From contig OY970350.1 of the NCBI GenBank assembly GCA_963718045.1, positions 660,001 through 692,000 of the forward strand: a stretch of 32,000 bases of DNA, in the 5' to 3' direction. This DNA is from Candidatus Saccharimonadota bacterium. Lineage in GTDB: Bacteria > Patescibacteriota > Saccharimonadia > Saccharimonadales > UBA4665. The notes below the pieces were generated by a model, which was not told the origin of the DNA, did not search any database, and saw nothing but the letters and a program-made list of their open reading frames with translations. This document shows, in pieces, positions 8,286 to 17,035 of this stretch (positions within the stretch are counted from its first letter, which is position 1; each line of letters begins with the position of its first letter). Position numbers and translations under genes: made by a program.

Positions 8286-10946
8286 TTAATAAGGGCTCGG
8301 GTATTCGCGTGTTAAGTAGGCATTGTAAGAGGGATTCTGCATACATGCCTCAATTGTTTGGCAGACATAGCCGTCATACTTAGCATAGGTCATGAATATT
8401 GCCTGCTTTCCTTTAACTTCAGCAGCGGTTAGGTTTGCAGTCATCTCGTGAATCGGATAACCAATATAGTACTTGATCGGTATTGATACCTGGTTGTCAT
8501 ACTTCTCGGTTTCAAACTGTTTGTATGCCTGATTGGTAAACCAGTTAACACTTAGGTGGTCGCTGTGATCAGGATAGGTTGTACCGACAACGCCGGATTG
8601 GGTGTTTATTAAGCTTGGCTGGTAAATACTGACAAGGGTAGCTAGGGCACTTATGAGCTGGCTTGAAGTGTAGTACGACTGTCCGTCTACAGAGTTAATA
8701 ACTTTGATAGCACCGCTCTCAAGTTTTGCCAAGCTCTCATAGTCAGACGTACTAAAGCCCTGCCCTTTTAGGTTACCATCAGGCAGATGCATGAATATTA
8801 GAGATACTTTGCCGTCAGACTTAGGGTTCGCTATGGTGACATATTCATTTGGTGCTAGCTCAACAATTCTTTGGACCCAAACATCGTTATTGCCGGTCAT
8901 GTATGAATAAGCAGCTTCTGCTCCTTCTTCCCTGCTTAGCCAATAAAAGTCACTGATTATACCGGCATTACCGGCTGTAACATATATTGTTCTGACGCAG
9001 TCACCGGCCTCAATCTCGTTATATAGGTCAGGGTTCATAAACAGTGTGTCGTCATCTTCATGAGCAACAACAGTAACCACAGTCGGGTTAAGGCATGACG
9101 TGTTGGGCAATTCGTTTAGAGATATTGGCAGAACAGTTGATGGACCGTTAGACGGTTCAGGTGTAGCTGGTGCGCTATTATATTTACCTTTGTCATAGTA
9201 CAGCAAAAGCTCTGTTGGATGACTGAACGTGCCGGCTATTAAAGTTGATGAGTTAGGTCTGCCGTAAGCTTGAACTATTTGATTTAATGTGCAGTTTGGA
9301 TAGTTAGTCAGACTGCCTGAAATAGTCAGTAAATAAGCAAATTTAACTCTGTTTAGATTTGGCTGCCAAGAACTGCTGCTGAGAGTCTGCAGAGGTGTAA
9401 GACAGTTAGCAAGCGGTTCTATATTAAGAGACTTATTAGCCAGTACATTTTGGCTCAACTTTATGCCTGAGCTAGAGTTTCTAATCCCGACTTTCAGGTT
9501 GCCGGCAACTTGCTTTATTGGTACGACCCGCCAGTAATCACCAATTAGTACGGTGGTGTGATGCTGGGCTAGTGCTTCAGCCACTTGGGTATTATGATTG
9601 TTGGTTACGGCTAGGGCATTCTTATCCTGGTTATAGTTATTCATAGCACCAAACAGACCAAAAACTATGCCAATACAAATAACCGCCCCGCCTATTACGT
9701 ACCGCTCTGGCGGCCATTTCTTGGCTCTTGAGTAAGACGCAAAGGCAATAAAGACGGCAAATAAAACAATTGTTAAATAGCGGGCATCGACTAGATAGTA
9801 GTGATTGGTAATAACATAGCTAATAAATGCTATGGCTGAAGCCCAGATAAGAATTATAGCCAGCTTATAGCTTTGGCTAAAATGAAGTTTTGAAGCATGT
9901 TTGCCTAAAGTAGATCTAATTAACTTATATGCTATAAATAGACCGGCTAATAGAATTAGAAGATTGACTATATAAGCCGGACCAGACAGAGTCGATAGAT
10001 TACTAAACAACTGGTGTGGAATGGTTCTTAGTGTAGGAGCTTTATATGCTGGATTAGCACCAAAGTTCGTAAATATTCCCATAACACCGTAGATAACACC
10101 AAGAGCAAAATTCTTGGCGCTATCAGTTAAGTTATATGGGCTGCTTGAGCCGACTGAGGTTAAATGAACTAAGCCGCTATGGCTGATAATGATTAGAATT
10201 AAGTAAGCCCCGACTGCTGAAATAACTCCGACTACTAACCAGTCTATGGATAAGTTAACTAACGACCATTGTCTTTGGTGGGCATAAATAATTAAAGCTA
10301 GCAGGCCTGAGCCTATAGCTAAAACCAGAAACAGCTTATCTGATGCAAACAGCAGACTTAAGACTAAAGCTGAAAGCCAAAAACCTAAACTTTTGATATG
10401 CGGTTTACGAATTAGTAGGGCAAGGCCGGCAATTAAGAATATATATTCGATATTTCGGGTGTTCATCATGGCCATATTAACCGGCAGGATTGCTCCCGGA
10501 TAAGGATTTGCTGGTACTAAAAGAAGCACTGAAGCTAGAGCCAGACAAATGGTGCCAAAGACTATAGGCCGTTTATCAATCTTGTATAGCAAAGCGGTTA
10601 GCAGGCCGACTGTGACTAAAACTAATAAGACGGTAAAGATATTAATGACTGCATTTGATCCGCCAAATAAGTTAATTAGATAGAACAGGGGCCATTTAAT
10701 TAAGAAACTGTGTGTCCCAGGCAGCGTTGCATTATTTAAAGTCTTTAAATTCTTAAATAAGAAAGAATAAACTAGCTGATCAGAATTAGACAGCTGGATT
10801 TTAGCACTTAGTAAAGACCAGTAAATGGTAGTTAGGGTCAGGACTAATAGTGAGAAAAAAAGATACGTTCTGTTAAAAAGGGTTGTGTTCGCCAGTTTTC
10901 TTAATCTAAGTAGGTATGGGTTAGTGGTCTTTCTCTTGGTTTTCAT
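8286..10946 (-). CDS. 886-aa fusion: N-terminal polytopic membrane domain (GT-C-like, putative) + C-terminal PIG-L/LmbE-family deacetylase domain
   Basis: About 13 hydrophobic helices in aa 25-470. The C-terminal approximately 260 aa (nt about 8286-9080) carry VVAHEDDDTLFMNPD (the AHPDDE motif of PIG-L/LmbE) and YPDHSDHLSV (HxDH motif). The start overlaps the GtrA stop (ATGA). Confidence 0.6.
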   Translation of the reverse strand: MKTKRKTTNPYLLRLRKLANTTLFNRTYLFFSLLVLTLTTIYWSLLSAKIQLSNSDQLVYSFLFKNLKTLNNATLPGTHSFLIKWPLFYLINLFGGSNAVINIFTVLLVLVTVGLLTALLYKIDKRPIVFGTICLALASVLLLVPANPYPGAILPVNMAMMNTRNIEYIFLIAGLALLIRKPHIKSLGFWLSALVLSLLFASDKLFLVLAIGSGLLALIIYAHQRQWSLVNLSIDWLVVGVISAVGAYLILIIISHSGLVHLTSVGSSSPYNLTDSAKNFALGVIYGVMGIFTNFGANPAYKAPTLRTIPHQLFSNLSTLSGPAYIVNLLILLAGLFIAYKLIRSTLGKHASKLHFSQSYKLAIILIWASAIAFISYVITNHYYLVDARYLTIVLFAVFIAFASYSRAKKWPPERYVIGGAVICIGIVFGLFGAMNNYNQDKNALAVTNNHNTQVAEALAQHHTTVLIGDYWRVVPIKQVAGNLKVGIRNSSSGIKLSQNVLANKSLNIEPLANCLTPLQTLSSSSWQPNLNRVKFAYLLTISGSLTNYPNCTLNQIVQAYGRPNSSTLIAGTFSHPTELLLYYDKGKYNSAPATPEPSNGPSTVLPISLNELPNTSCLNPTVVTVVAHEDDDTLFMNPDLYNEIEAGDCVRTIYVTAGNAGIISDFYWLSREEGAEAAYSYMTGNNDVWVQRIVELAPNEYVTIANPKSDGKVSLIFMHLPDGNLKGQGFSTSDYESLAKLESGAIKVINSVDGQSYYTSSQLISALATLVSIYQPSLINTQSGVVGTTYPDHSDHLSVNWFTNQAYKQFETEKYDNQVSIPIKYYIGYPIHEMTANLTAAEVKGKQAIFMTYAKYDGYVCQTIEACMQNPSYNAYLTREYPSPY

Positions 10947-11368
10947 AAGTTTTTATTGTTTTTGACATCACTATGATTACGGAAAATATGCTTATTGTAA
11001 AGATAGTAGTTCCAAACCGTCGATATTGCTAGAGCTATGGTTCTGGTTAAGACAGCCGGCAGCGGCGGAGACAGTAGTTTAGTAACTACCAGGGAGAAGA
11101 TAAAGTTAATAAGAACTAATAATGAAAAGGCTAGTATTTGAGGTATTAATACTTTATGGTGCATCCTTTTATCTTTAAAACCAATTAGCTTTTGTAAAAT
11201 AAAGGCTACTACTAAGCCAACCCAGTAGCTTATGCCAACAGCCATAACACCGCTCGCACCAAGCGACTGGGCAACAATAATAATTAGAAGTTCGAGGATA
11301 TAAACAGATATGCCAATTGTTAGGTAGCGTTTATTTAACCTTTTAATCAGGTTTTTAAGTTTAGTCAT
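10943..11368 (-). CDS. GtrA-family small membrane protein (putative lipid-linked sugar translocase)
   Basis: 141 aa, 4 TM, with the size, topology and basic N-terminus typical of GtrA. It overlaps both neighbours. Confidence 0.6.
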   Translation of the reverse strand: MTKLKNLIKRLNKRYLTIGISVYILELLIIIVAQSLGASGVMAVGISYWVGLVVAFILQKLIGFKDKRMHHKVLIPQILAFSLLVLINFIFSLVVTKLLSPPLPAVLTRTIALAISTVWNYYLYNKHIFRNHSDVKNNKNL

Positions 11369-12323
11369 CTAGGCCGACAGACTTTGATTTATCTACTATG
11401 TAAAGCGGTCTTTGTTTGGCCAGACTATGGATATGGGAAACATACATAGACAAAATGCCCTGGGAAATTAGAACTATACCGACCAGGAATAAGATTAGAA
11501 TGCCAAGTTCAGCTGTACCGGTAAATTTCCAGTGTAGAGGATCATTAAGTATTACCTGTTCAATAAGTACTGCTAGGCCTGTTAGAAATGACAAAACTGT
11601 AATGACAACTCCGAGGCAGCCAAATATATATAAAGGCTTTGGCGAGAGTGAAGTAAAAACGTTAGAAGCAAGACCAATTAATTTAGTTACGCTATAGCTG
11701 GGATTACCGCTAACACGTTCTTTTGCACTAAAAGTAATGTACTCCCGCTTAAATCCAAGCCAGTCTATTAATCCTCTGGTTAGACGGTCTGATTCTTTAA
11801 GTTCAAGGAATGCTTTTTGCACATCTCTATCTATTAAACGAAAGTCCGTGCTGTTACGATTAAGTTTCTGGTCAGTTAGAAGGTTGAATGAGAAATGAAA
11901 AAACTTTGATGATAATGATCTAAACCAGTTATACCCTTTATATGAGCTAAGGCCAATAACTACTTTGCTGCCAGAACGCCAAGCCTTAACAAAGTCTGGA
12001 ATTAGTTTAACCGGATGTTGACCGTCACCATCAATTGTTAATATAGCTCTGCCTTTAGCACTAGCTATACCGGCCGAAAGAGCACTTTCTTTACCGAAGT
12101 TCCTGGAAAAGGCTATTAGTTTAGTGTTTGCTGAACTGCCTTTTAGTTTTTTAAATACTTCTAGGGTATTGTCGGTACTGCCGTCATCGACATAGATTAT
12201 TTCATAACTTATAACGTCAGACTTTTTAAGAACTGTGGTTAATGAGGCATGGAAATTTGTTAGACCAACAGCTTCATTGTATATAGGTATAACTATAGAC
12301 AGCTCGACTTGATTGTTAGGCAT
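11361..12323 (-). CDS. family-2 glycosyltransferase, polyprenyl-phosphate sugar synthase type (GtrB/ArnC/CsbB-like)
   Basis: 320 aa. Motifs: LSIVIPIYNE, YEIIYVDDGSTDNT, ILTIDGDGQHP, plus two C-terminal TM helices, as in the DPM1/GtrB class. Confidence 0.8.
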   Translation of the reverse strand: MPNNQVELSIVIPIYNEAVGLTNFHASLTTVLKKSDVISYEIIYVDDGSTDNTLEVFKKLKGSSANTKLIAFSRNFGKESALSAGIASAKGRAILTIDGDGQHPVKLIPDFVKAWRSGSKVVIGLSSYKGYNWFRSLSSKFFHFSFNLLTDQKLNRNSTDFRLIDRDVQKAFLELKESDRLTRGLIDWLGFKREYITFSAKERVSGNPSYSVTKLIGLASNVFTSLSPKPLYIFGCLGVVITVLSFLTGLAVLIEQVILNDPLHWKFTGTAELGILILFLVGIVLISQGILSMYVSHIHSLAKQRPLYIVDKSKSVGLDD

Positions 12324-12416
12324 AACTTAAACAGCTGTATTAATGAGATTATTATATCAGAGACAGAGGCTTACCAGTTAGGTTGCTAGGACAAGAAAAT
12401 ATGTTATTATCTTTAA

Positions 12417-12686
12417 ATGTCTTATTCTAACGGAGAAACGTATATCCCTTATTTACCCACCGCCGAAGCATGTCTTGAAGCTGATGAATCACCCGACTTA
12501 TTTTTTAGATCGATCGTTCCGGATGCTAGTGATGAACAGATGGAGCTGTTTTATCTTTATACGCTTGGAAAATTACATGACGGCATTATACTTGGCCTGG
12601 ATATATGCGGACATGATCCAATTGGTGAAGTTGAGGCTTATCAGTTCGGTGTTGAAGATGGCTTAAGTCATAGGGAAGAGACTTAA
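12417..12686 (+). CDS. hypothetical small acidic protein
   Basis: 89-aa ORF. TTGCTA-16-TGtTATTAT (12383-12410) is placed 6 nt upstream of the ATG, which supports expression. Confidence 0.45.
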   Translation: MSYSNGETYIPYLPTAEACLEADESPDLFFRSIVPDASDEQMELFYLYTLGKLHDGIILGLDICGHDPIGEVEAYQFGVEDGLSHREET

Positions 12687-12713
12687 TAAAGTTCTAAAAC
12701 CCTTCAATCTGGG

Positions 12714-13457
12714 TTATATATCAAAATCTAATACTAGAGCTTTATGATCGGAGACTAGATCATCTGCCACGGTAAAACTGTTTACTTTAATATCCCGGCT
12801 GACAAATATATGATCGCAGCTAGCGGTATATGGAACTATTTGATTAGACATTGTGGAAGGCGAGCCTGCTTCTTCGGTTAGGTCCCTAAGATTAAGCTCA
12901 TTCTTAAGATAATTTATAGCTTTACTATTGGCGTTTAAATTAAAGTCACCAGACATAATAAGAGGCGGTTTGCGGTCTCTAACTTCATTAATAAGTTTGG
13001 TTATAGATTCTAGGGACCGATCAGAGCCTTCTGGATCAATCTCCCAATAACCATGGTAGTTAACGAGATTAATAACCTGGCCATTCAGGTTAGTATTCGC
13101 TATTTGGGCATTACGTGTATTTGAAACGTAATCCTCTGGATTCCCAACTTCAATATATTCACCATTAGTGAAGACTGTCCGTTGGTTACTAAGAGGATAA
13201 CGACTTATGACAGCGTTACCAAAACTTACTTTTGTGTTTTGAATAATAAAGGACAGCGTTGGCGCGAAAATGACATTCTCTAAAGAACTTGCCTTTTTAA
13301 CTTTAGACAATGAAATAAACATATCTCCTAGAGGTATTCGTCTGTCAGCATCATATACCTCCTGAAGACAAAGAATATCGGCATTATGTTTTTGAATAAA
13401 GTCAGGGTAATTTTTATATAGTCTTCCCTGCCACAGATTGAGGCTTATTAATTTCAT
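12714..13457 (-). CDS. endonuclease/exonuclease/phosphatase (EEP) family protein
   Basis: 247 aa. Motifs: MKLISLNLW, ADILCLQEV, SGDFN, SDHKALVLDF. Confidence 0.8.
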   Translation of the reverse strand: MKLISLNLWQGRLYKNYPDFIQKHNADILCLQEVYDADRRIPLGDMFISLSKVKKASSLENVIFAPTLSFIIQNTKVSFGNAVISRYPLSNQRTVFTNGEYIEVGNPEDYVSNTRNAQIANTNLNGQVINLVNYHGYWEIDPEGSDRSLESITKLINEVRDRKPPLIMSGDFNLNANSKAINYLKNELNLRDLTEEAGSPSTMSNQIVPYTASCDHIFVSRDIKVNSFTVADDLVSDHKALVLDFDI

Positions 13458-13607
13458 CGTCTGTTTAAGTATACAAATATATACATATACATGAAATGCT
13501 ACCTTCTACAATTGCTAGTATTTGGCTAAAAATTCAAAGACATTAAAGTTTTCTATTAAGGATTGTAATTATTGCAAAATGTATGCTAAGTGTAATAATT
13601 TAGGTAA

Positions 13608-13889
13608 ATGCCGGTTGATAATTGGGAAGACAGCAGTGGTCACTTTATTGCTGAGACGTGGAGGGGCCAGGTTCTGGCCGATGAATTAGATGATATATTT
13701 GCTATTGAAAACCCTGGACTTTATATTGCCACACATATCCCTGAAACTAAAATTGAGACTATACCTGATGAAGAGCCGTTAAGGTATAAGTTGCTTGGTC
13801 TTTGTCTGGGCAGTACGGCACTCGCCCTAGCAACTAACTATTGTATTTACTCACCTTTAGTGGATGCTTTTAAAAATTTGCACTTTTAG
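13608..13889 (+). CDS. hypothetical acidic protein with a C-terminal TM segment
   Basis: 93-aa ORF. TTGCAA-16-TGtAATAAT (13572-13599) lies 8 nt upstream of the ATG. C-terminal hydrophobic stretch LLGLCLGSTALALATNYCIY. Confidence 0.4.
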   Translation: MPVDNWEDSSGHFIAETWRGQVLADELDDIFAIENPGLYIATHIPETKIETIPDEEPLRYKLLGLCLGSTALALATNYCIYSPLVDAFKNLHF

Positions 13890-13933
13890 GGTTTAGACTG
13901 CCAATTTCTTATTGTGTTTAGCTCGGAACTTGT

Positions 13934-14467
13934 TTATTTCAGATAGGAACTAAAACTAGATCTTAATTTGGCTAGTTTGGGATTAATTACTATTTGGCAA
14001 TAATCGGGCCGATTAAGTTCGTAGTCTTTATGGTACTCGCTGGCTGGGTAGAATTTATTAAACTTTGTGACTTCAGTGACTATCTCGTTGTCCCACAGTT
14101 TTTGAGCGTTCCTAATTGCTAATTTAATTTCTTTTAGTTGGTCATCGTTTTGATAAAAGACGACTGACCTATACTGCGGACCAACGTCAAAGCCTTGGCG
14201 GTCTTTAGTTGTTGGATCATGAAGCGTAAAGAAGATCTTTAAAATATCTTTTAGGGCAATTATTTTAGGATCGAATGTTAGTTTGACTACTTCAGCGTGT
14301 CCGGTACTTTGGGAGTAGATCTGTTCATCTGTGGGGTTATTAACATGGCCGCCGCTATAACCCTCTTCGACCTTTTTAATTCCTTTTATTAGCTTATATG
14401 TAGCATCAAGACACCAAAAACAGCCACCGCCAAGGACAATTGTCTCTTCTTTCACTTTAAAACTCAT
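13934..14467 (-). CDS. msrA: peptide-methionine (S)-S-oxide reductase
   Basis: 177 aa. Has the GGGCFWC active-site motif, plus GYSGG, GHAEVV and HDPTT. Confidence 0.9.
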   Translation of the reverse strand: MSFKVKEETIVLGGGCFWCLDATYKLIKGIKKVEEGYSGGHVNNPTDEQIYSQSTGHAEVVKLTFDPKIIALKDILKIFFTLHDPTTKDRQGFDVGPQYRSVVFYQNDDQLKEIKLAIRNAQKLWDNEIVTEVTKFNKFYPASEYHKDYELNRPDYCQIVINPKLAKLRSSFSSYLK

Positions 14468-14520
14468 TTTGGCAAACTTTGTTATTACATGCAGTAATGT
14501 TTTTTACCAAGTCTAGGTTA

Positions 14521-14991
14521 TTAACTTCGTTCAAACACCTCAAAATAAAAGGTTTGGTTATTTTCCTTGTTCGGACCATTTGAGGATTTTAAATTGAAAT
14601 TATTAAAGTTCGGGAAAAACTGGTCACAGTTAAAATCTGATTCGATAGTTGTTAGGTAAAGTTCCTGTGCTCTTCTTATTATCTGGGCATATATACTTTC
14701 ACCACCTATTACCCATAAATCCTCTTTAAAGTTATTGAGAAATGACTCTAAGTCGTTAACCAGGACTACGCCGCTTGGCAGTTTAAGTAAAGAATGTGAA
14801 ACAACGTAATTAGTTCTGCCGATAAGTGGGCCGTTGAGCGAATTAAAGGTCGTATGGCCCATAAGAATATTGCCGCCAAATTTAAGTGTCTGAGTTTTAA
14901 AATATGTCCTGTCCGACGGCAAGTCCCAAGGTATTTGGCCACCGCTTGCAATACCACGCTTAGTGTCTATAGCGGCAATTAGTCTTATCAC
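14521..14991 (-). CDS. folA: dihydrofolate reductase
   Basis: 156 aa with a GTG start overlapping the folC stop (GTGA). Motifs: IAAIDTKRGIASGGQIPWDLPSDRTYFKTQT, VIGGESIY. Confidence 0.85.
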   Translation of the reverse strand: MIRLIAAIDTKRGIASGGQIPWDLPSDRTYFKTQTLKFGGNILMGHTTFNSLNGPLIGRTNYVVSHSLLKLPSGVVLVNDLESFLNNFKEDLWVIGGESIYAQIIRRAQELYLTTIESDFNCDQFFPNFNNFNLKSSNGPNKENNQTFYFEVFERS

Positions 14992-16268
14992 TTATTAAGA
15001 CTTTCTCTAATTTGAGCAATGAGATAAAAGGAGCCAGTAATTATGACGTTTTTAGTCTTAGATTTTAGCAGCTTTTTAAAGGCTTCTAGATTATCTGTTA
15101 TAGCGCTAACGTTACCAGCATCTATCTTTTTTAAGGCTTGGGTAATATCTTCTGGGGAGCATGATTCTACCGGCAGGTCTTGGGAAGTTTTAAAAGTAGT
15201 AACAATAATTTCAGAGGCAATATCTTTAATGAGCGGTAATGCTTCAGTATAAGCTTTGTCATTTTTGAAGGCTAAAAGGACAGCTGCCTTTTGACCAGTG
15301 AACATGTGTTTGTAGCTCGATATAAAGGCAGCCATTTTTTGGTAGTTATGGGCACCATCCATTATTACCCGATGTCCTTTTTTATAAGATATATCCATTC
15401 GGGCAGGTACTTGGATTTTTTGAGAGATAGTAATTTCCCGGTTACTTAGATCTTTAATCGAGTCTCTGTCCCTAACAAAGCGGTAGGTGCAGTAAGCAAG
15501 CAGCCAGTTTCGTTTTTGAAAGTCTGGCAATTTATTGAAATAGCCTGTGTTGCCATATAGAGCTTTTTCTTTTTCTTCGCTGGTTAGATAAATCTTGGCA
15601 TCATGTTCTTTGACTGACTTATTAATTACGCTCATTATTTCTTCATTTTGTTTATACATAATTAGTGAGTTATGTTTCTGAACAATGCCTACTTTTTGAG
15701 AAGTAATTTCTTTTAAGGTGTGCCCTAGGATATGCATGTGGTCAAATCCTATGTCAGTTATGACGCAGACTTTGTCTTCCCTTCTTATTACATTGGTGGC
15801 ATCAAATAGACCGCCCATACCTGTTTCGACAACTACATAATCTAGTCCTAGTTTGGCAAACAGCCAGATTGAAAAAGAATAGATAAGTTCAAAATATGAC
15901 GGCTTTATTCCGCTACTATCTACAAGGTCCAAAAACTCTGCTAGTTCCTGGCAAAAGACATTGTCTTCAATTGGTTGACTGTTTATCTGGGCTCTTTCAG
16001 TTACTTTATCTATATGAGGCGAGACAGTTAAGCCAACGTTATATCCAGCTAGTGTTAGTAGTTTTGATACATAATAGGCTGTTGATGTTTTACCGCTTGT
16101 ACCGGCGATATGGATAGCCCTGATCTTATTTTCTGGGTTACCTAAATAGGCCATTAAGGGTTCTATCCTGTCAAAAACAGTATCTTTGCCAGTTAACTGT
16201 TTTACCAGGGGTACATAGGGCCTTAAGGCTAGTTCAGCATCGCCTAAAGTATTAAGTGTTCTCTTCAT
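14988..16268 (-). CDS. folC: folylpolyglutamate synthase / dihydrofolate synthase (Mur-ligase family)
   Basis: 426 aa. Motifs: P-loop IHIAGTSGKTST, VVETGMGG, DGAHN. AGAGGAGC SD upstream. Confidence 0.8.
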   Translation of the reverse strand: MKRTLNTLGDAELALRPYVPLVKQLTGKDTVFDRIEPLMAYLGNPENKIRAIHIAGTSGKTSTAYYVSKLLTLAGYNVGLTVSPHIDKVTERAQINSQPIEDNVFCQELAEFLDLVDSSGIKPSYFELIYSFSIWLFAKLGLDYVVVETGMGGLFDATNVIRREDKVCVITDIGFDHMHILGHTLKEITSQKVGIVQKHNSLIMYKQNEEIMSVINKSVKEHDAKIYLTSEEKEKALYGNTGYFNKLPDFQKRNWLLAYCTYRFVRDRDSIKDLSNREITISQKIQVPARMDISYKKGHRVIMDGAHNYQKMAAFISSYKHMFTGQKAAVLLAFKNDKAYTEALPLIKDIASEIIVTTFKTSQDLPVESCSPEDITQALKKIDAGNVSAITDNLEAFKKLLKSKTKNVIITGSFYLIAQIRESLNK

Positions 16269-16312
16269 ATAGCTCCTCTAATCTGATAAGATAGTATACG
16301 CTTAAATAGTTC

Positions 16313-16387
16313 GCTCCCGTGGTGAAATGGATATCACAATGGTCTTCGGAACCATTATTGGGGGTTCGAGTCCCTTCGGGAGTACCA
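16313..16387 (+). tRNA. tRNA-Arg (anticodon TCG), CCA encoded
   Basis: Folded by hand: acceptor GCTCCCG/CGGGAGT (G1-U72), D stem GTGA/TCAC, anticodon stem ATGGT/ACCAT with loop CTTCGGA, T arm GGGGG-TTCGAGT-CCCTT, discriminator A, CCA at 16385-16387. Confidence 0.85.
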
Positions 16388-16462
16388 AGCATAAGAGGTA
16401 TTTGCTTTCAGCGTCTGCAAGAGTACTATGAAATTGCAAGGTATAAGTGCCACATGAGACTA

Positions 16463-16491
16463 TTGACAAACTCATAGAGTAATACTAAATT
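16463..16491 (+). promoter_or_regulatory. sigma70-type promoter TTGACA-17-TAAATT for ORF 16525
   Basis: -35 at 16463-16468 and -10 at 16486-16491. A 33-nt leader follows, with an AGAAAGG SD. Confidence 0.45.
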
Positions 16492-16524
16492 ATCTTATTA
16501 TTTCTAACAGAAAGGTTAAGTAAA

Positions 16525-16788
16525 ATGAGTTTTGCAGGATTTGAGGGTGTTTCAACAGTAACCTTTGGAGACGAAATTGGCGGATTCCATGTTGCCCCAG
16601 CTGCCGAGTGCGATATGCCGGAAGATGAACCTTTCGATAGATTACTTCATGAAATAGGAGGTGATACGTTAGGCTTAGTGGGAATATCACGCGCATTTAA
16701 TTATGAGGATCTACCTCCTATTGTTCATCCGAAACATATAAGTATGGCCTTACACGGGGCTGGTCATATCTCTAAGTTGATAAAATAA
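16525..16788 (+). CDS. hypothetical acidic protein
   Basis: 87-aa ORF with promoter and SD as above. No recognisable domain. Confidence 0.45.
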   Translation: MSFAGFEGVSTVTFGDEIGGFHVAPAAECDMPEDEPFDRLLHEIGGDTLGLVGISRAFNYEDLPPIVHPKHISMALHGAGHISKLIK

Positions 16789-17035
16789 TATCTACAGATT
16801 AAACTCTAACCTTTTTCATTATATTGATAGTCTTGCCAGGACTCTAGGTGTAACTCGCGAGGAACTGAGTCGTGCGCAGGCAGAGAAAAGAGAAAGGTTT
16901 GGTTCATTCACCAGTTTTTTTATAGAGACAGCAGCCATTCCAGATGGTAATCCATGGATATAATATCTTGAGTCTAATCCAGATCGTTACCCAGAAATTA
17001 CGCAGTAATCTAAGCTTATTTATAAATCAATTAGA

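Noticed and set aside
12417-12686. WhiB-like impression from ACLEADESPDLFF (compare the C...DPELFFP motif of WhiB/Wbl proteins)
   Set aside because: The protein has only two Cys residues in total and lacks the CxxCxxxxxC Fe-S cluster motif. The resemblance is limited to one short acidic motif.
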